Source: Candidatus Gorgyraea atricola (GTDB taxonomy: Bacteria > Omnitrophota > Gorgyraeia > Gorgyraeales > Gorgyraeaceae). Taken from it: DNA of 64,000 bases. Positions 45,688 through 55,452 of the stretch are shown one piece after another. The stretch lies in contig JAVCCW010000028.1 in the NCBI GenBank assembly GCA_030765235.1, positions 24,744-88,743 on the forward strand, in the 5' to 3' direction. Under the pieces are notes generated by a model that was given only the letters and a program-made list of their open reading frames with translations, searched no databases and was not told where the DNA came from. Numbering within the stretch: position 1 is the first letter of the stretch; every line of letters begins with the position of its first letter. A program made the translations under genes and the position numbers.

Positions 45688-47189
45688 GACAGAAAGCAAA
45701 AAAGGATATTGTATTAATAATATTTTGTCTTTTGGCAGGGGTAATATTATTTACCAATCTGGGGAACATCTATCTCTGGCAGGATGAGGCAACAACCGCA
45801 GTTTTAGCTAAAAACACACTTGAGTTTGGGATCCCCAGGACCTTTGACGGGACTAATCTTATTACGACTATTTACTCTGACCCTTGCAAATATAGTGGAT
45901 GGAAATACGCCCCGTGGTTTCAATTTTATCTTGCGGCATTATCCTTTTACTTGTTTGGAGTCAGTACTTTTGCTGCGAGACTCCCTTTCGCTGTGTTTGG
46001 TATGGGTAGCTTGATATTGTGTTATTTACTCGCGCAGAGGCTTTTCCAGAATAGGCTCCTCTCCAGGCTATCGACCGCATTTATGCTTTTTTCCGCGCCA
46101 TTCTTTTTATATATGCGTCAGTGCAGATGGTATGGTCTTTCAGTATTTTTTACACTCTGGATTTTGATCTCGTATTTGGACATGATAAAGAAGAAGCGAT
46201 TTTCTGCATGGGGATTTGTCCTGGCAAGCAGCCTTCTCTTTCACTCAAATTATGCAATCTTTTTCCCTGTCTTGGGAGCCATGTGTTTTCACTATCTTGT
46301 GTTTCACAAAAAAGATATTGAATTAAAGAGGATATTAGGCTATCTCTCTATTATTGCTATACTCACTGTACCTTTTTTCCTCTATTCTGTAAACATGGAG
46401 TGTAGCGGGCAGATGACGTTTCTGCGTACAAAAGGTCATTTAGAATTCTATGTCCGCGTCTTAAATAAATACCTATTTCCTCTTGTATTTTTGTTTTTGA
46501 GTCTAGCTGTATTTTCCTTTTTCAAGAAAAAGGTCTTTCCTGTACTGGATAAGGCGCTGGATAGATCTCGACTCTGGTTTTTTCCGCTCGTATTTATTTT
46601 TACTATCTGTTTTCTGCTTTTAGCAGAGGAAAGACAGCTGAGGTATCTTATTCATCTTTTACCTTTATCCTGTATCCTTATGAGTTTTTTAATGATCGGG
46701 TGGCTAAAGCTGAATATTATAGTCGCTGGTCTAGTATTTGTTGTCGCATGTTTTACAAATTCATTTCACACAGGCAGCCCTTTTGCAAAGAAACTATGGA
46801 TACCCATAGTGGATATCGCTTATGAGTTGACCCATGATTATGACGGGCCAGTAGAAGGAATAATAAAGTTTTTAAATAAGAATGCGAGGCCAGGAGATAC
46901 AGTTAAATTGATCATGGGTGATTGCGCGGTTATGTTTTATACAGATTTCAAGGTAGACAATGAAGATTTTACGCAGGAATCATTCCCTGAGTGGATTATA
47001 GTGAGAAATGACTGGGTCTCGTTCAAGAGTTTAAGTGCCAGGTATCGTAGACAAATAGAATCGCAATATCAAAGAATTGAATTAAATTATCCTGATATAA
47101 TGTGGGAAAACCGGCCAGACCCTGGTTATCATAAATTCAAGACAGTAACTGACTGGCCTACTAAAGTGACGGTGTATAAGAAAAGATGA
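45684..47189 (+). CDS. ArnT/PMT-like (GT83/GT39) polytopic membrane glycosyltransferase
   Basis: 501 aa with about 11 TM helices. An N-terminal loop carries WQDEATTAVLAKN (the D-E motif of the first periplasmic loop of PMT_2 transferases). Confidence 0.6.
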   Translation: MRQKAKKDIVLIIFCLLAGVILFTNLGNIYLWQDEATTAVLAKNTLEFGIPRTFDGTNLITTIYSDPCKYSGWKYAPWFQFYLAALSFYLFGVSTFAARLPFAVFGMGSLILCYLLAQRLFQNRLLSRLSTAFMLFSAPFFLYMRQCRWYGLSVFFTLWILISYLDMIKKKRFSAWGFVLASSLLFHSNYAIFFPVLGAMCFHYLVFHKKDIELKRILGYLSIIAILTVPFFLYSVNMECSGQMTFLRTKGHLEFYVRVLNKYLFPLVFLFLSLAVFSFFKKKVFPVLDKALDRSRLWFFPLVFIFTICFLLLAEERQLRYLIHLLPLSCILMSFLMIGWLKLNIIVAGLVFVVACFTNSFHTGSPFAKKLWIPIVDIAYELTHDYDGPVEGIIKFLNKNARPGDTVKLIMGDCAVMFYTDFKVDNEDFTQESFPEWIIVRNDWVSFKSLSARYRRQIESQYQRIELNYPDIMWENRPDPGYHKFKTVTDWPTKVTVYKKR

Positions 47190-48208
47190 AGTGCGATATA
47201 ATTATTCCAGTTTGGAATCAACTCGAGTTTACCAAAAAATGCATAGAGAGTGTTTTTAGAAATACGAATTATGCGTTTCGTTTAGTTGTTATTGATAATG
47301 GAAGCGCTAAGGCTACGAGGGCCTATCTGGATGAATTGGCACGCGATAAAAAAACAGGCGTTACTGTACTTAGAAATAATGAGAATCTGGGATTCATTAA
47401 GGCCACCAACCAAGGGATAAGAGAGTCAGACGCACCTTATGTCTGCCTTTTAAATAATGATACAGAGGTCACAAAAGGCTGGCTTAAAGAAATGGTCAAT
47501 GTAGCTGAGAAGAAAAAGGATATAGGTATAGTTAATGCTAACAGTAATACCCTGGGCTGCAAGGCCAAGTTTGGCCAGTCTGTAGAATCGCTTGCAGAGG
47601 AACTGAGGTCTCACTCTGGAGAGTATAGCATGCTGGCCCAGGCTACAGGGTTTTGCATGTTGATCAAGCGAGAGATCATTGATAAGGTGGGCATTTTTGA
47701 CGAGACCTACGGAATGGGAAATTTCGAAGACGCTGACTTTAGTAAAAGGGCGCAGAGATCAGGTTATTCCTGTGTATGCGCCAGGGCATCCTACGTATAT
47801 CACAGAGAACGACGCTCATTCGTAAGATTTAGGAAGTTTGATCAGGATTTTGATCGTAATCGGGAAATATTTTACTCTAAATGGGGCAGACAAGAGAGGA
47901 TCCTTTATGTGCTTAGTCACAGTGATTCTGCATACAGGAAAGAAATAGGCAGGAGATCTCTTAAATTGGCCCGCGATGGCAATATTGTCTGGATTTTTTC
48001 AAAAGGATGTCCTGGGCAGGATATCGAAAGGCATTCCAATATTTATAGTTATAGCCTGCCAAAGAGGTTTTTTGGTATGATCAGTTTATGGAGGATACTG
48101 AAGCGCAAAAAAAAGTTTGACAAGATATACGTAGATGACGAGAATTATGGGAAGCGCTTAGGGGGTTTTAAATTTTTTCATAAAGCAGAGGTGATTCGTG
48201 GATGCTAA
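47186..48208 (+). CDS. GT2-family glycosyltransferase
   Basis: 340 aa. IIIPVWNQLEFTKKCIESV...VVIDNGSAKAT, and the DxD-region LLNNDTEV. Confidence 0.7.
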   Translation: MKCDIIIPVWNQLEFTKKCIESVFRNTNYAFRLVVIDNGSAKATRAYLDELARDKKTGVTVLRNNENLGFIKATNQGIRESDAPYVCLLNNDTEVTKGWLKEMVNVAEKKKDIGIVNANSNTLGCKAKFGQSVESLAEELRSHSGEYSMLAQATGFCMLIKREIIDKVGIFDETYGMGNFEDADFSKRAQRSGYSCVCARASYVYHRERRSFVRFRKFDQDFDRNREIFYSKWGRQERILYVLSHSDSAYRKEIGRRSLKLARDGNIVWIFSKGCPGQDIERHSNIYSYSLPKRFFGMISLWRILKRKKKFDKIYVDDENYGKRLGGFKFFHKAEVIRGC

Positions 48209-48974
48209 AATTCCTTTATCCGCAGTAATTATTACCAGAAACGAAGAGACCAATATTAAAGAGTGCCTTGAGTCAGTCAGATGGGCGGACGAGATCGTCG
48301 TGGTCGACGACGACAGTACTGACAGGACAGTGGAAATCGCCCAGGGTTATACAGATAGGATTTTTCACAGGAAAATGGATATTGAGGGCAGGCACAGGAA
48401 CTGGGCCTATAGCCAGGCGCGTAATACCTGGGTCTTGAGTCTGGATGCTGATGAGAGGGTGACTCCTGAACTGAGAAAAGAAATACAGGAAACCATATCC
48501 AATGCCGGAAACTTCGAAGGCTTTATTATCCCGCGCAGAAATTATATCGGGAATTACTGGGTCAAATACGGCGGATGGTATCCAAGCGGCCAGTTGAAGA
48601 TGTTTAGAAAAGATAAATTTTACTGGGAAGAGGCCGAGGTCCACCCCCGAGCGTTCTTGGGGACTCCTGCGGGAAGGTTAAAGAATGACATAATCCATTA
48701 TTCGTACAAGAACTTCGAGGATTTTGTCAATAAGATGAACAAGCAGACTACGCTGGAGGCGGCTAAATGGGTCAGGGATAAAAGGGGAATGAGTCTTGGC
48801 AGGGCCCTTCGCCGCACATGCGACCGTTTCCTGCGCACATTCTTTCGCAAAAAGGCGTACAAAGACGGGTTGATTGGTTTTATGGTATCGATCTTTGCCG
48901 GGCTTTATCAGATATTGAGTTATGCTAAATACTATGAACTGAAATTCGCACATAAGTTACGCGATTGCCGATGA
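48198..48974 (+). CDS. GT2-family glycosyltransferase (LPS-core KdtX/WaaE-like)
   Basis: 258 aa. GTG start. LSAVIITRNEETNIKECLESVRWADEIVVVDDDSTDRT, and LSLDADE. A paralog of 54386-55438. Confidence 0.7.
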   Translation: MDAKIPLSAVIITRNEETNIKECLESVRWADEIVVVDDDSTDRTVEIAQGYTDRIFHRKMDIEGRHRNWAYSQARNTWVLSLDADERVTPELRKEIQETISNAGNFEGFIIPRRNYIGNYWVKYGGWYPSGQLKMFRKDKFYWEEAEVHPRAFLGTPAGRLKNDIIHYSYKNFEDFVNKMNKQTTLEAAKWVRDKRGMSLGRALRRTCDRFLRTFFRKKAYKDGLIGFMVSIFAGLYQILSYAKYYELKFAHKLRDCR

Positions 48975-50005
48975 AAAAGGATTTATTGGAAATTTTAAAC
49001 TGTCCAAGCTGCACAAGTACTTTATTTTCATTGCAACAGTGTAAAGTCGATCAGATAGAGGTTAGATCCGGTAGTATAGTTTGTCAGAGTTGTGGGGCTT
49101 CTTACGGGATCGAGAGCGGTATAGTAAATTTTATCAAGGACCCCTCGCAGGGAGTGAAGCAGGAAAGAGAGGCAATGGATGCGGAGGAGTATATTACTGA
49201 CGATAAGGGCAAAAGATATAAGATTAATGAAGAGACAATAGAAAGATTTAAAGATAAATTTCTTTCTATGCCAGAAGGTGATGGCTCACATTTTTTTAGA
49301 AATAGAGGCAGTTTTCAAGCTATTGCAAATATATCTTCCAGAGTCTATTCTACCCTTGATGGTTTGAAGCTCACAGGCAAGGAACACATACTTGAAATAG
49401 GGGCGTGTTTTTCCTATGCCTCTTTTAAGTTCGCCAAAAAAGGGTGTCGTGTCGTGGCTATAGACATAAGCAATTATCTCAAGGTTGCGGATCTTTTTGT
49501 TAAAGAAGCATATTTTGACAGGATGTTTTGCGACATGCATAAGACACCATTTGGAGACGAAACATTTGATATTATATTTGGTTCGGCAGTCCTTCATCAC
49601 AGTAAGGAGTTGTCCCTGGTTTTCAAAGAGATGCGCCGTATTTTAAAACCAGACGGGCGCCTAGTATTGATCAACGAAGTAGCAAGAGGTCTTTTTGAAA
49701 AGGTGCACCCTATATTTGAAAAAATGCAGAAACAAGGCTACGGAGATACTTCTTATACTTTAACAGAATGGCAAAAGGCAGCATACAAAGGCGGCTTTAA
49801 GAATGTGAGGATTGATTTTTTATCGCTTGCAGACGATTATATAACAAGGCACAAGAATAAGGATTTGCAGGATCAGGATAGTGTTAAGCTTAGACTTGCA
49901 AAGTTTTTTAAAACGCATATAATACTAGAAAAATGCCTGTCTTTTCTTTTGATTCCGCCGAGGCTTTTTTTTAGGCCAAAAAGCTGGAAGATTACATGTT
50001 ATTAG
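48971..50005 (+). CDS. class I SAM methyltransferase with N-terminal Trm112-like zinc ribbon
   Basis: ATGA overlap. LEILNCPSCTS...CQSCGASYGIESGIVNF, then ILEIGACFSYASFKFAKKGCRVVAIDIS, DIIFGSAVLHH and LKPDGRLVL. Confidence 0.6.
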   Translation: MKKDLLEILNCPSCTSTLFSLQQCKVDQIEVRSGSIVCQSCGASYGIESGIVNFIKDPSQGVKQEREAMDAEEYITDDKGKRYKINEETIERFKDKFLSMPEGDGSHFFRNRGSFQAIANISSRVYSTLDGLKLTGKEHILEIGACFSYASFKFAKKGCRVVAIDISNYLKVADLFVKEAYFDRMFCDMHKTPFGDETFDIIFGSAVLHHSKELSLVFKEMRRILKPDGRLVLINEVARGLFEKVHPIFEKMQKQGYGDTSYTLTEWQKAAYKGGFKNVRIDFLSLADDYITRHKNKDLQDQDSVKLRLAKFFKTHIILEKCLSFLLIPPRLFFRPKSWKITCY

Positions 50006-50015
50006 GAGGTAAGAT

Positions 50016-50609
50016 ATGGGAATGCGATTAGCAGATAAAGTTCAGTCAATTTTTTATATTAATAGATTAAAGAAGCTTGACAAGGTCAAGGGATATCTTG
50101 GTTTAAACGAGGGTTTTCTGCTATTTAAGATCGCGAGATCGCTCAGGGAAAATTCGGTGATCGTGGAGATAGGTAGTTTTAAAGGAAAGTCCACTTGTTT
50201 TATAGCAGAAGGCATAGGTGACAAAAAAATGCAGTTTTTTTGTATCGATCCCTGGAGGGACGACCTGATGCAGGAAAAAGGAGATGCGATATTTAACGAA
50301 TTCCTGCAAAATACAAAAGAATATAAGGACAGGTTCAGTGTATTGCGGGGATTTTCCCATGAAGTGATCATGGAGTGGCCCGTACACAGAAAGATAGATT
50401 TTCTGTGGGTCGACGGAGATCATTCTTACGAAGGAGTTAAGGAGGATATTCTTAATTGGATGCCTCTGGTTAAAAAGAACAGTTTTATTTGTTTTCATGA
50501 CTATAGGGACGCGCCTGGAGTTAAAAAAGCAGTGGATGAATTGGCGAGAGACAATAAGATCAAATTTATTAAGAGAGTAGGATGTACCTATGTTTCAAAA
50601 TTACTTTAG
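50016..50609 (+). CDS. class I SAM-dependent O-methyltransferase-like protein (TylF/CmcI-type fold)
   Basis: 197 aa. IVEIGSFKGKST...FLWVDGDHSYEGVKEDILNW...FHDY. AGGAGG RBS. Confidence 0.6.
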   Translation: MGMRLADKVQSIFYINRLKKLDKVKGYLGLNEGFLLFKIARSLRENSVIVEIGSFKGKSTCFIAEGIGDKKMQFFCIDPWRDDLMQEKGDAIFNEFLQNTKEYKDRFSVLRGFSHEVIMEWPVHRKIDFLWVDGDHSYEGVKEDILNWMPLVKKNSFICFHDYRDAPGVKKAVDELARDNKIKFIKRVGCTYVSKLL

Positions 50610-51705
50610 AGGCATAAAGAAGAAAGATAGAAAAAAAAGGATCCTTTTTGCGGGGATCTCTCCTACTAATTTTGTTCAGTTTGCGCCAATCTATGAAGTT
50701 CTTAAACAAGATTCCAGAATTGAGGTTTTTTTATCAGGGATGTCTCATGGTAAAGATCGGCCGCAGGATATCTACAGGTATTTTGACGTGGACAAAAAAT
50801 TTATAATAAAAGAAAAAGTGGCAAAGCGCTTTTATTTCGATATATACGTAAGTCCTGATTTCCATTTAGTAGGTAAAAGACACGGTGTAAGCGTGCAGAT
50901 GTTCCATGGTAACTCATTCAGAAATTTTTCCATAAACGAAGAGGCAAAGAATTTTGATCACCTTTTCCTGATGGGCTCATATATGAAGCGCAAATTTTTA
51001 GAATTGGGAATTTTTAAAGAGGGAGAAAGTAGGTTTGAAGAAATAGGGATGCCTCAGACAGATGCTCTTTTGAACAATACAGATACGGGATTGCGTGAAA
51101 AACTTAATTTGAATAAAAAGTTTGCTACCGTACTCTATGCCCCGGTCTGGGCCCATATGGAAAGTTTCCTGGAAGATGTACGGAGAACCTTACAGGAGTT
51201 GACCTCGCTTGAGGTAAATCTACTCGTGAAGATGCACCATGGTTTTTATTCTAAGGAATTAAATAAGATTAAATGGCAAGAATATCTAGATGAGCTTTTA
51301 AAGAAAAATATAAATATGCACTTGATAAAAGATTTTGATATTGTGCCGTATATGCGCATTAGTGATTTACTTGTAAGCGATGCAAGCGGAGTCGTGCATC
51401 AATTTTCCATATTAGATAGGCCGATCGTATGTATAAAGATAGACATCGATGAATTCAGAAAAGGTTATCCAAACCTTGATCAGGCGGCGTATGCGAATCG
51501 TGCAGTCGTAGAGGTCTCTACAGGAGAATCCCTGAAGGAAGCTGTACTGAAAGAGCTTGCTGATCCCGGTAGGTTAAGCCGACAAAGATTGGCTATGGCC
51601 AAGGAGTATTTTTATAATATTGGTTTTTCTACTAAATATGCTATCTCAAGACTTTATCGTTTTCTTAATAAGGAGCCTTTACAATACAGAGAGAAGGAGA
51701 TATGA
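50590..51705 (+). CDS. CDP-glycerol glycerophosphotransferase-family protein (TagB/TagF-like)
   Basis: 371 aa. VLYAPVWAH matches the YAPTWR region, and HLIKDFDIVPYMRISDLLVSDASGVVHQFSILDRPIVCIKID matches the C-terminal catalytic region of Glyphos_transf. Confidence 0.6.
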   Translation: MFQNYFRGIKKKDRKKRILFAGISPTNFVQFAPIYEVLKQDSRIEVFLSGMSHGKDRPQDIYRYFDVDKKFIIKEKVAKRFYFDIYVSPDFHLVGKRHGVSVQMFHGNSFRNFSINEEAKNFDHLFLMGSYMKRKFLELGIFKEGESRFEEIGMPQTDALLNNTDTGLREKLNLNKKFATVLYAPVWAHMESFLEDVRRTLQELTSLEVNLLVKMHHGFYSKELNKIKWQEYLDELLKKNINMHLIKDFDIVPYMRISDLLVSDASGVVHQFSILDRPIVCIKIDIDEFRKGYPNLDQAAYANRAVVEVSTGESLKEAVLKELADPGRLSRQRLAMAKEYFYNIGFSTKYAISRLYRFLNKEPLQYREKEI

Positions 51706-52454
51706 AAGCCATTATTATTGCTGCTGGGATAGGGTCACGTTTAAACCCTTTAACCAGCAACAAACCTAAATGTATGTTAGAAATAAACGACAGGACCTTA
51801 TTGCAGCATCAGATTGAGGCGCTGAGGGGTGCTGGGATAGATAGAATAGTTTTAATTAAAGGATATAAGAAAGAGATGATAAATTATCCTGATTTAGTTT
51901 ATTACATCAATGACGATTACAAGAACAATAACATCCTCCACTCTTTATTTTATGCTGAAAAAGAAATGAATAATGCATTTATAGCAGCTTATTCAGATAT
52001 TTTTTACACTAAAGATATAGTGGAAAGGTTGCTTGAGAGCAAAGAGGATATATCGATAGTAGTGGATATAGATTGGAAAGGTTATTATGAAGGCAGGACA
52101 GACCATCCTATCAGTGAGGCGGAAAATGTTATCTTTGACGCGGATAATAATGTAGTCAAGATCGGCAAGATCCTGCCGGATGAAGATGCTGTCCATGGTG
52201 AATTTATCGGCATGATGAAATGTTCAAAAAAAGGTGCGCTTATTTTTAGGAAATATTTTAATAGGTTAAAAGAGATTTACAAAGGAAGGCCGTTCCAGAG
52301 GGCCGGCGTATTTGAAAAGTCATATCTGACAGATATATTTCAGGACATGGCTGATTGCGGCGTGAAGATCAACTGTGTGATTATAGAAAAGGGCTGGGCT
52401 GAGATAGATACGGTCCAGGATTATAAGCGTATATTAAAGGATAAGGAGACGTAA
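51702..52454 (+). CDS. LicC-like nucleotidyltransferase (CTP:phospho-alcohol cytidylyltransferase family)
   Basis: 250 aa. MKAIIIAAGIGSRLNPLTSNKPKCMLEIN is the G-x-G-x-R NTP-transferase motif. Collinear with LicC/sugar-phosphate nucleotidyltransferases. The substrate is inferred from neighbours only. Confidence 0.65.
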   Translation: MKAIIIAAGIGSRLNPLTSNKPKCMLEINDRTLLQHQIEALRGAGIDRIVLIKGYKKEMINYPDLVYYINDDYKNNNILHSLFYAEKEMNNAFIAAYSDIFYTKDIVERLLESKEDISIVVDIDWKGYYEGRTDHPISEAENVIFDADNNVVKIGKILPDEDAVHGEFIGMMKCSKKGALIFRKYFNRLKEIYKGRPFQRAGVFEKSYLTDIFQDMADCGVKINCVIIEKGWAEIDTVQDYKRILKDKET

Positions 52455-53101
52455 TGAAGTTGGTCAAGTTTTGGTTATTATTTACAGCAGCATTTTTTTG
52501 CTGCGCTTCACTTGTGCATGCAAGTGATGATACTGAGTACTGGAGCATGCATACCTTTAGCGCAAAGATAAACGAAAGGGTAAAATTGAATCTGCTCGAG
52601 GAATTTCGTATGAAAAGTGACATGGGTAATTTCTATACCTATGTCCAGTATGTCGGCGCAAGTTATAAGGTAAGCGACTATTTTGATGTGGCAGGATGGT
52701 ATAAGCTGGTTTCATCAAAGGCAAATCAGAATTGGACCGAGACTCACCGGTATGACATAGACGGGACATTAAAGATAGACCTGGATGGCTTTAAACTCTC
52801 TAATAGGTCAAGGTTTGAGCGGAATACAAATGCCTCATCATGGCTATATAGAGACAGGATAAAGGTGACAAAGAAGGTAAAACTATTCGACAGAGATTAC
52901 ACACCTTTTCTTTCCAATGAATTCTTTTTGGATATAGAGCCCAATGATGGCTATCACGAAAACAGAGCCAGCGGAGGCATTAGCACAGATTTTATATGGG
53001 GCACAAAACTGACTCTATATTATATGTCACTCGCCAAAAAGAGCAGTGGAGAGTGGAATAGCGCGAATGTAATCGGGACTACTGTAGGGGTTAGTTTTTA
53101 A
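52454..53101 (+). CDS. secreted putative outer-membrane beta-barrel protein (DUF2490-like)
   Basis: 215 aa. Signal peptide MKLVKFWLLFTAAFFCCASLVHA. Alternating hydrophobic/aromatic beta-strand pattern, and a C-terminal aromatic ...VGVSF. Confidence 0.4.
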   Translation: MKLVKFWLLFTAAFFCCASLVHASDDTEYWSMHTFSAKINERVKLNLLEEFRMKSDMGNFYTYVQYVGASYKVSDYFDVAGWYKLVSSKANQNWTETHRYDIDGTLKIDLDGFKLSNRSRFERNTNASSWLYRDRIKVTKKVKLFDRDYTPFLSNEFFLDIEPNDGYHENRASGGISTDFIWGTKLTLYYMSLAKKSSGEWNSANVIGTTVGVSF

Positions 53102-53127
53102 AATTTCTAGAAAAGGAGATTTAAAAA

Positions 53128-54333
53128 GTGAAGAACAATAAGGCAATATTTTGGAACATCTGGACATCTTATGCCACATATTATTTTGGCAAGGTAAATT
53201 TGAGCATAGTAGTGCCGGCGTTATTGGCGACATATAAGAATCTGGATTTATATACTGTTGGTTTAGTTTCGAGTGGTTTTTTCTTTGCGTATGCGCTTGG
53301 TCAATTTTTGCATGGTCAGATTTCAGAGCGGCACAATCCTTTTGTTTATATCGCAATAGGGTTAATTGGTTCTGCCATAATGAACCTGATCCTTGGTTTT
53401 TCCGGAGGTTTTTTTATAATGTTATTTCTTGGAGAGGTCCTTGACGGATTTTTTCAATCAATGGGTTGGTCATCCTGTGTAAGGGCGAATGCCTTGATCC
53501 AAAAGGATAAAGACAGAGAAAGATCCTCTACGATACTAGGGACTTCCTACCAAGTAGGTAATTCAGTGGCATGGCTTATATCTTCTTTTGCTGTCGGCAC
53601 ATGGGGCTGGCAGGCAGGTTTCTGGGTTGCGAGCGGTTTTTTATTCGCTAGGGGGATATTATTGCTATTGACAAAACCAAAGATGGAGATTGCGCCTCCT
53701 CAGAAAGTCAAGGTCCAGATAAAGAATACTTTATCTTTTCCGATCGTGCTGAGTGGCATATCACTTTGTTTATTAAATATGGTGAGATATGGTGTTATTA
53801 CGTGGATACCGTTATATTTCTTTAAGACAGGGAATTTTACAGTGGAGCAGATGGGAAAGGTCGGTCTGAAAGTATTTTTGATTCCTATAGCAGGTGTTCT
53901 GGGCACATTGATATATAATAAGCTCAAGATCAACAGGGATATCCTTACTATTATATGTCTGATAATGCTGGCGATCAGCTTTTTTGTGTTACCCTTTACT
54001 ACAGGTTTGTTGGCGACGTTTGTATTATTGATCGGTAGTTTCTTTCTGTACGGCCCCCATGTTTTTTTAGTAACAACATTTCCGACCCGTTTTGTGGATA
54101 AACAGGTAGTTGCAGCCTCCACAGGATTTATAGATGGAATGGGCTATATCGGAACGGTATTAATAGGCATAATTGTCCCATTTTTGGTTACATCAGCCGC
54201 AGGTAAATGGGAGAATGTATTTATATTCTGGGGGATCCTTTCGATTATGGTGGCTGTCGTTGTTGCTATTGTCTATATTAGGAGTTTTAGAGATAAGACG
54301 ATAGATTTCTTAGCGCTTAAGAATAACAGGTGA
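53128..54333 (+). CDS. MFS transporter, organophosphate:Pi antiporter family (GlpT/UhpT-like)
   Basis: 401 aa. GTG start with AAGGAG RBS. GFFQSMGWSSCVRANALIQKDKDRERSSTILGTSYQVGNSVAWL aligns with the GlpT [25 protein letters not shown] region. 12 TM helices. Confidence 0.7.
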   Translation: MKNNKAIFWNIWTSYATYYFGKVNLSIVVPALLATYKNLDLYTVGLVSSGFFFAYALGQFLHGQISERHNPFVYIAIGLIGSAIMNLILGFSGGFFIMLFLGEVLDGFFQSMGWSSCVRANALIQKDKDRERSSTILGTSYQVGNSVAWLISSFAVGTWGWQAGFWVASGFLFARGILLLLTKPKMEIAPPQKVKVQIKNTLSFPIVLSGISLCLLNMVRYGVITWIPLYFFKTGNFTVEQMGKVGLKVFLIPIAGVLGTLIYNKLKINRDILTIICLIMLAISFFVLPFTTGLLATFVLLIGSFFLYGPHVFLVTTFPTRFVDKQVVAASTGFIDGMGYIGTVLIGIIVPFLVTSAAGKWENVFIFWGILSIMVAVVVAIVYIRSFRDKTIDFLALKNNR

Positions 54334-54385
54334 GAGCCAATGAGTACGAAGACGATTTATCCTTAAAAAATAAAGGGATTCAGGG

Positions 54386-55438
54386 ATGGCGACAGTCTCA
54401 ATAGGAATAATCTGTCAGGACAATGAAAATATTATTCGGGATTGTCTGGAAAGCGCCAAATGGGCTGATGAGATAGTCGTGGTAGATGCCTTCAGCAAGG
54501 ATAGGACCGTGGAAATCGTCAGAGAATACACGAATAAGATATACCAGCATAAAGTAGACAGGCACCTGAATGAACAATGGAACAGGGCTATAGGTTATGC
54601 GACCTGCGATTGGTTCTTTCATCTTTCGACAGACCAGCGATTTACGCCTCAGTTGCGGGACGAGATCAGGAGAGTAGTTCAAAAAAAAGAACGATATGCG
54701 GCTTATTACGTGCCTCTGGAAAATTATTTTCTTGGTAAATGGATACAGTACTGCGGTTGGTCCCCTGATTACAATATAATGTTTCACAAAAGAGACAAGG
54801 GGGTCTGCTCAGATAAAGAAGGCGGCCTTTTAATGGTAGACGGCGAGATAGGGTATCTTAAGAGCAGGTTGATCCATTATTCTCACACAGGGATCTCCAG
54901 TACTATAAGCAAGGAAAACATGCTTTCCACCAGGGAAGCCGAATACTTTTTAGAGACAAAGACGTCTTTTAGAAGAAGGTTTATACTGACTAAGGCACTT
55001 CGGAACTTCAGAAAGACCTATTGGAAACAAGAGGGTTATAAAGACGGGATGTACGGGTTGGTTTTTTGTTTGATTTTTTCTTTTAATAAATTTTTGATTT
55101 ACGCGAAATACTGGAATATGCTTCAAAGACAGAAGAGAAATTCCTGTGTATGTGAAGATATCAGTCTGCTTGTAGAAAGAGAGAATCATGATACATCTTT
55201 ACTAGCAGAAAGATTATTAAAAGAACGCGGGATAACGGGTGAAAAAGAAATGAGATATCAAATGACTGTTGTTCCGTTAAGGCTTTTCTTGAAGACTTAT
55301 ATTGGGAAGACGGAATTCCGCCAGGGTGTCCGTGGCCTCACTCATTGCATCTTTAATGCGTATATTCATGCGATAAAATGGTCTAAGTATTGGGAATTAA
55401 GTTGTGTAAAAAAGATAAAACCGCAGAATAATACATAA
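54386..55438 (+). CDS. GT2-family glycosyltransferase with C-terminal extension (paralog of 48198-48974)
   Basis: 350 aa. VSIGIICQDNENIIRDCLESAKWADEIVVVDAFSKDRT. Confidence 0.65.
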   Translation: MATVSIGIICQDNENIIRDCLESAKWADEIVVVDAFSKDRTVEIVREYTNKIYQHKVDRHLNEQWNRAIGYATCDWFFHLSTDQRFTPQLRDEIRRVVQKKERYAAYYVPLENYFLGKWIQYCGWSPDYNIMFHKRDKGVCSDKEGGLLMVDGEIGYLKSRLIHYSHTGISSTISKENMLSTREAEYFLETKTSFRRRFILTKALRNFRKTYWKQEGYKDGMYGLVFCLIFSFNKFLIYAKYWNMLQRQKRNSCVCEDISLLVERENHDTSLLAERLLKERGITGEKEMRYQMTVVPLRLFLKTYIGKTEFRQGVRGLTHCIFNAYIHAIKWSKYWELSCVKKIKPQNNT

Positions 55439-55452
55439 GGACACTTTTTATT

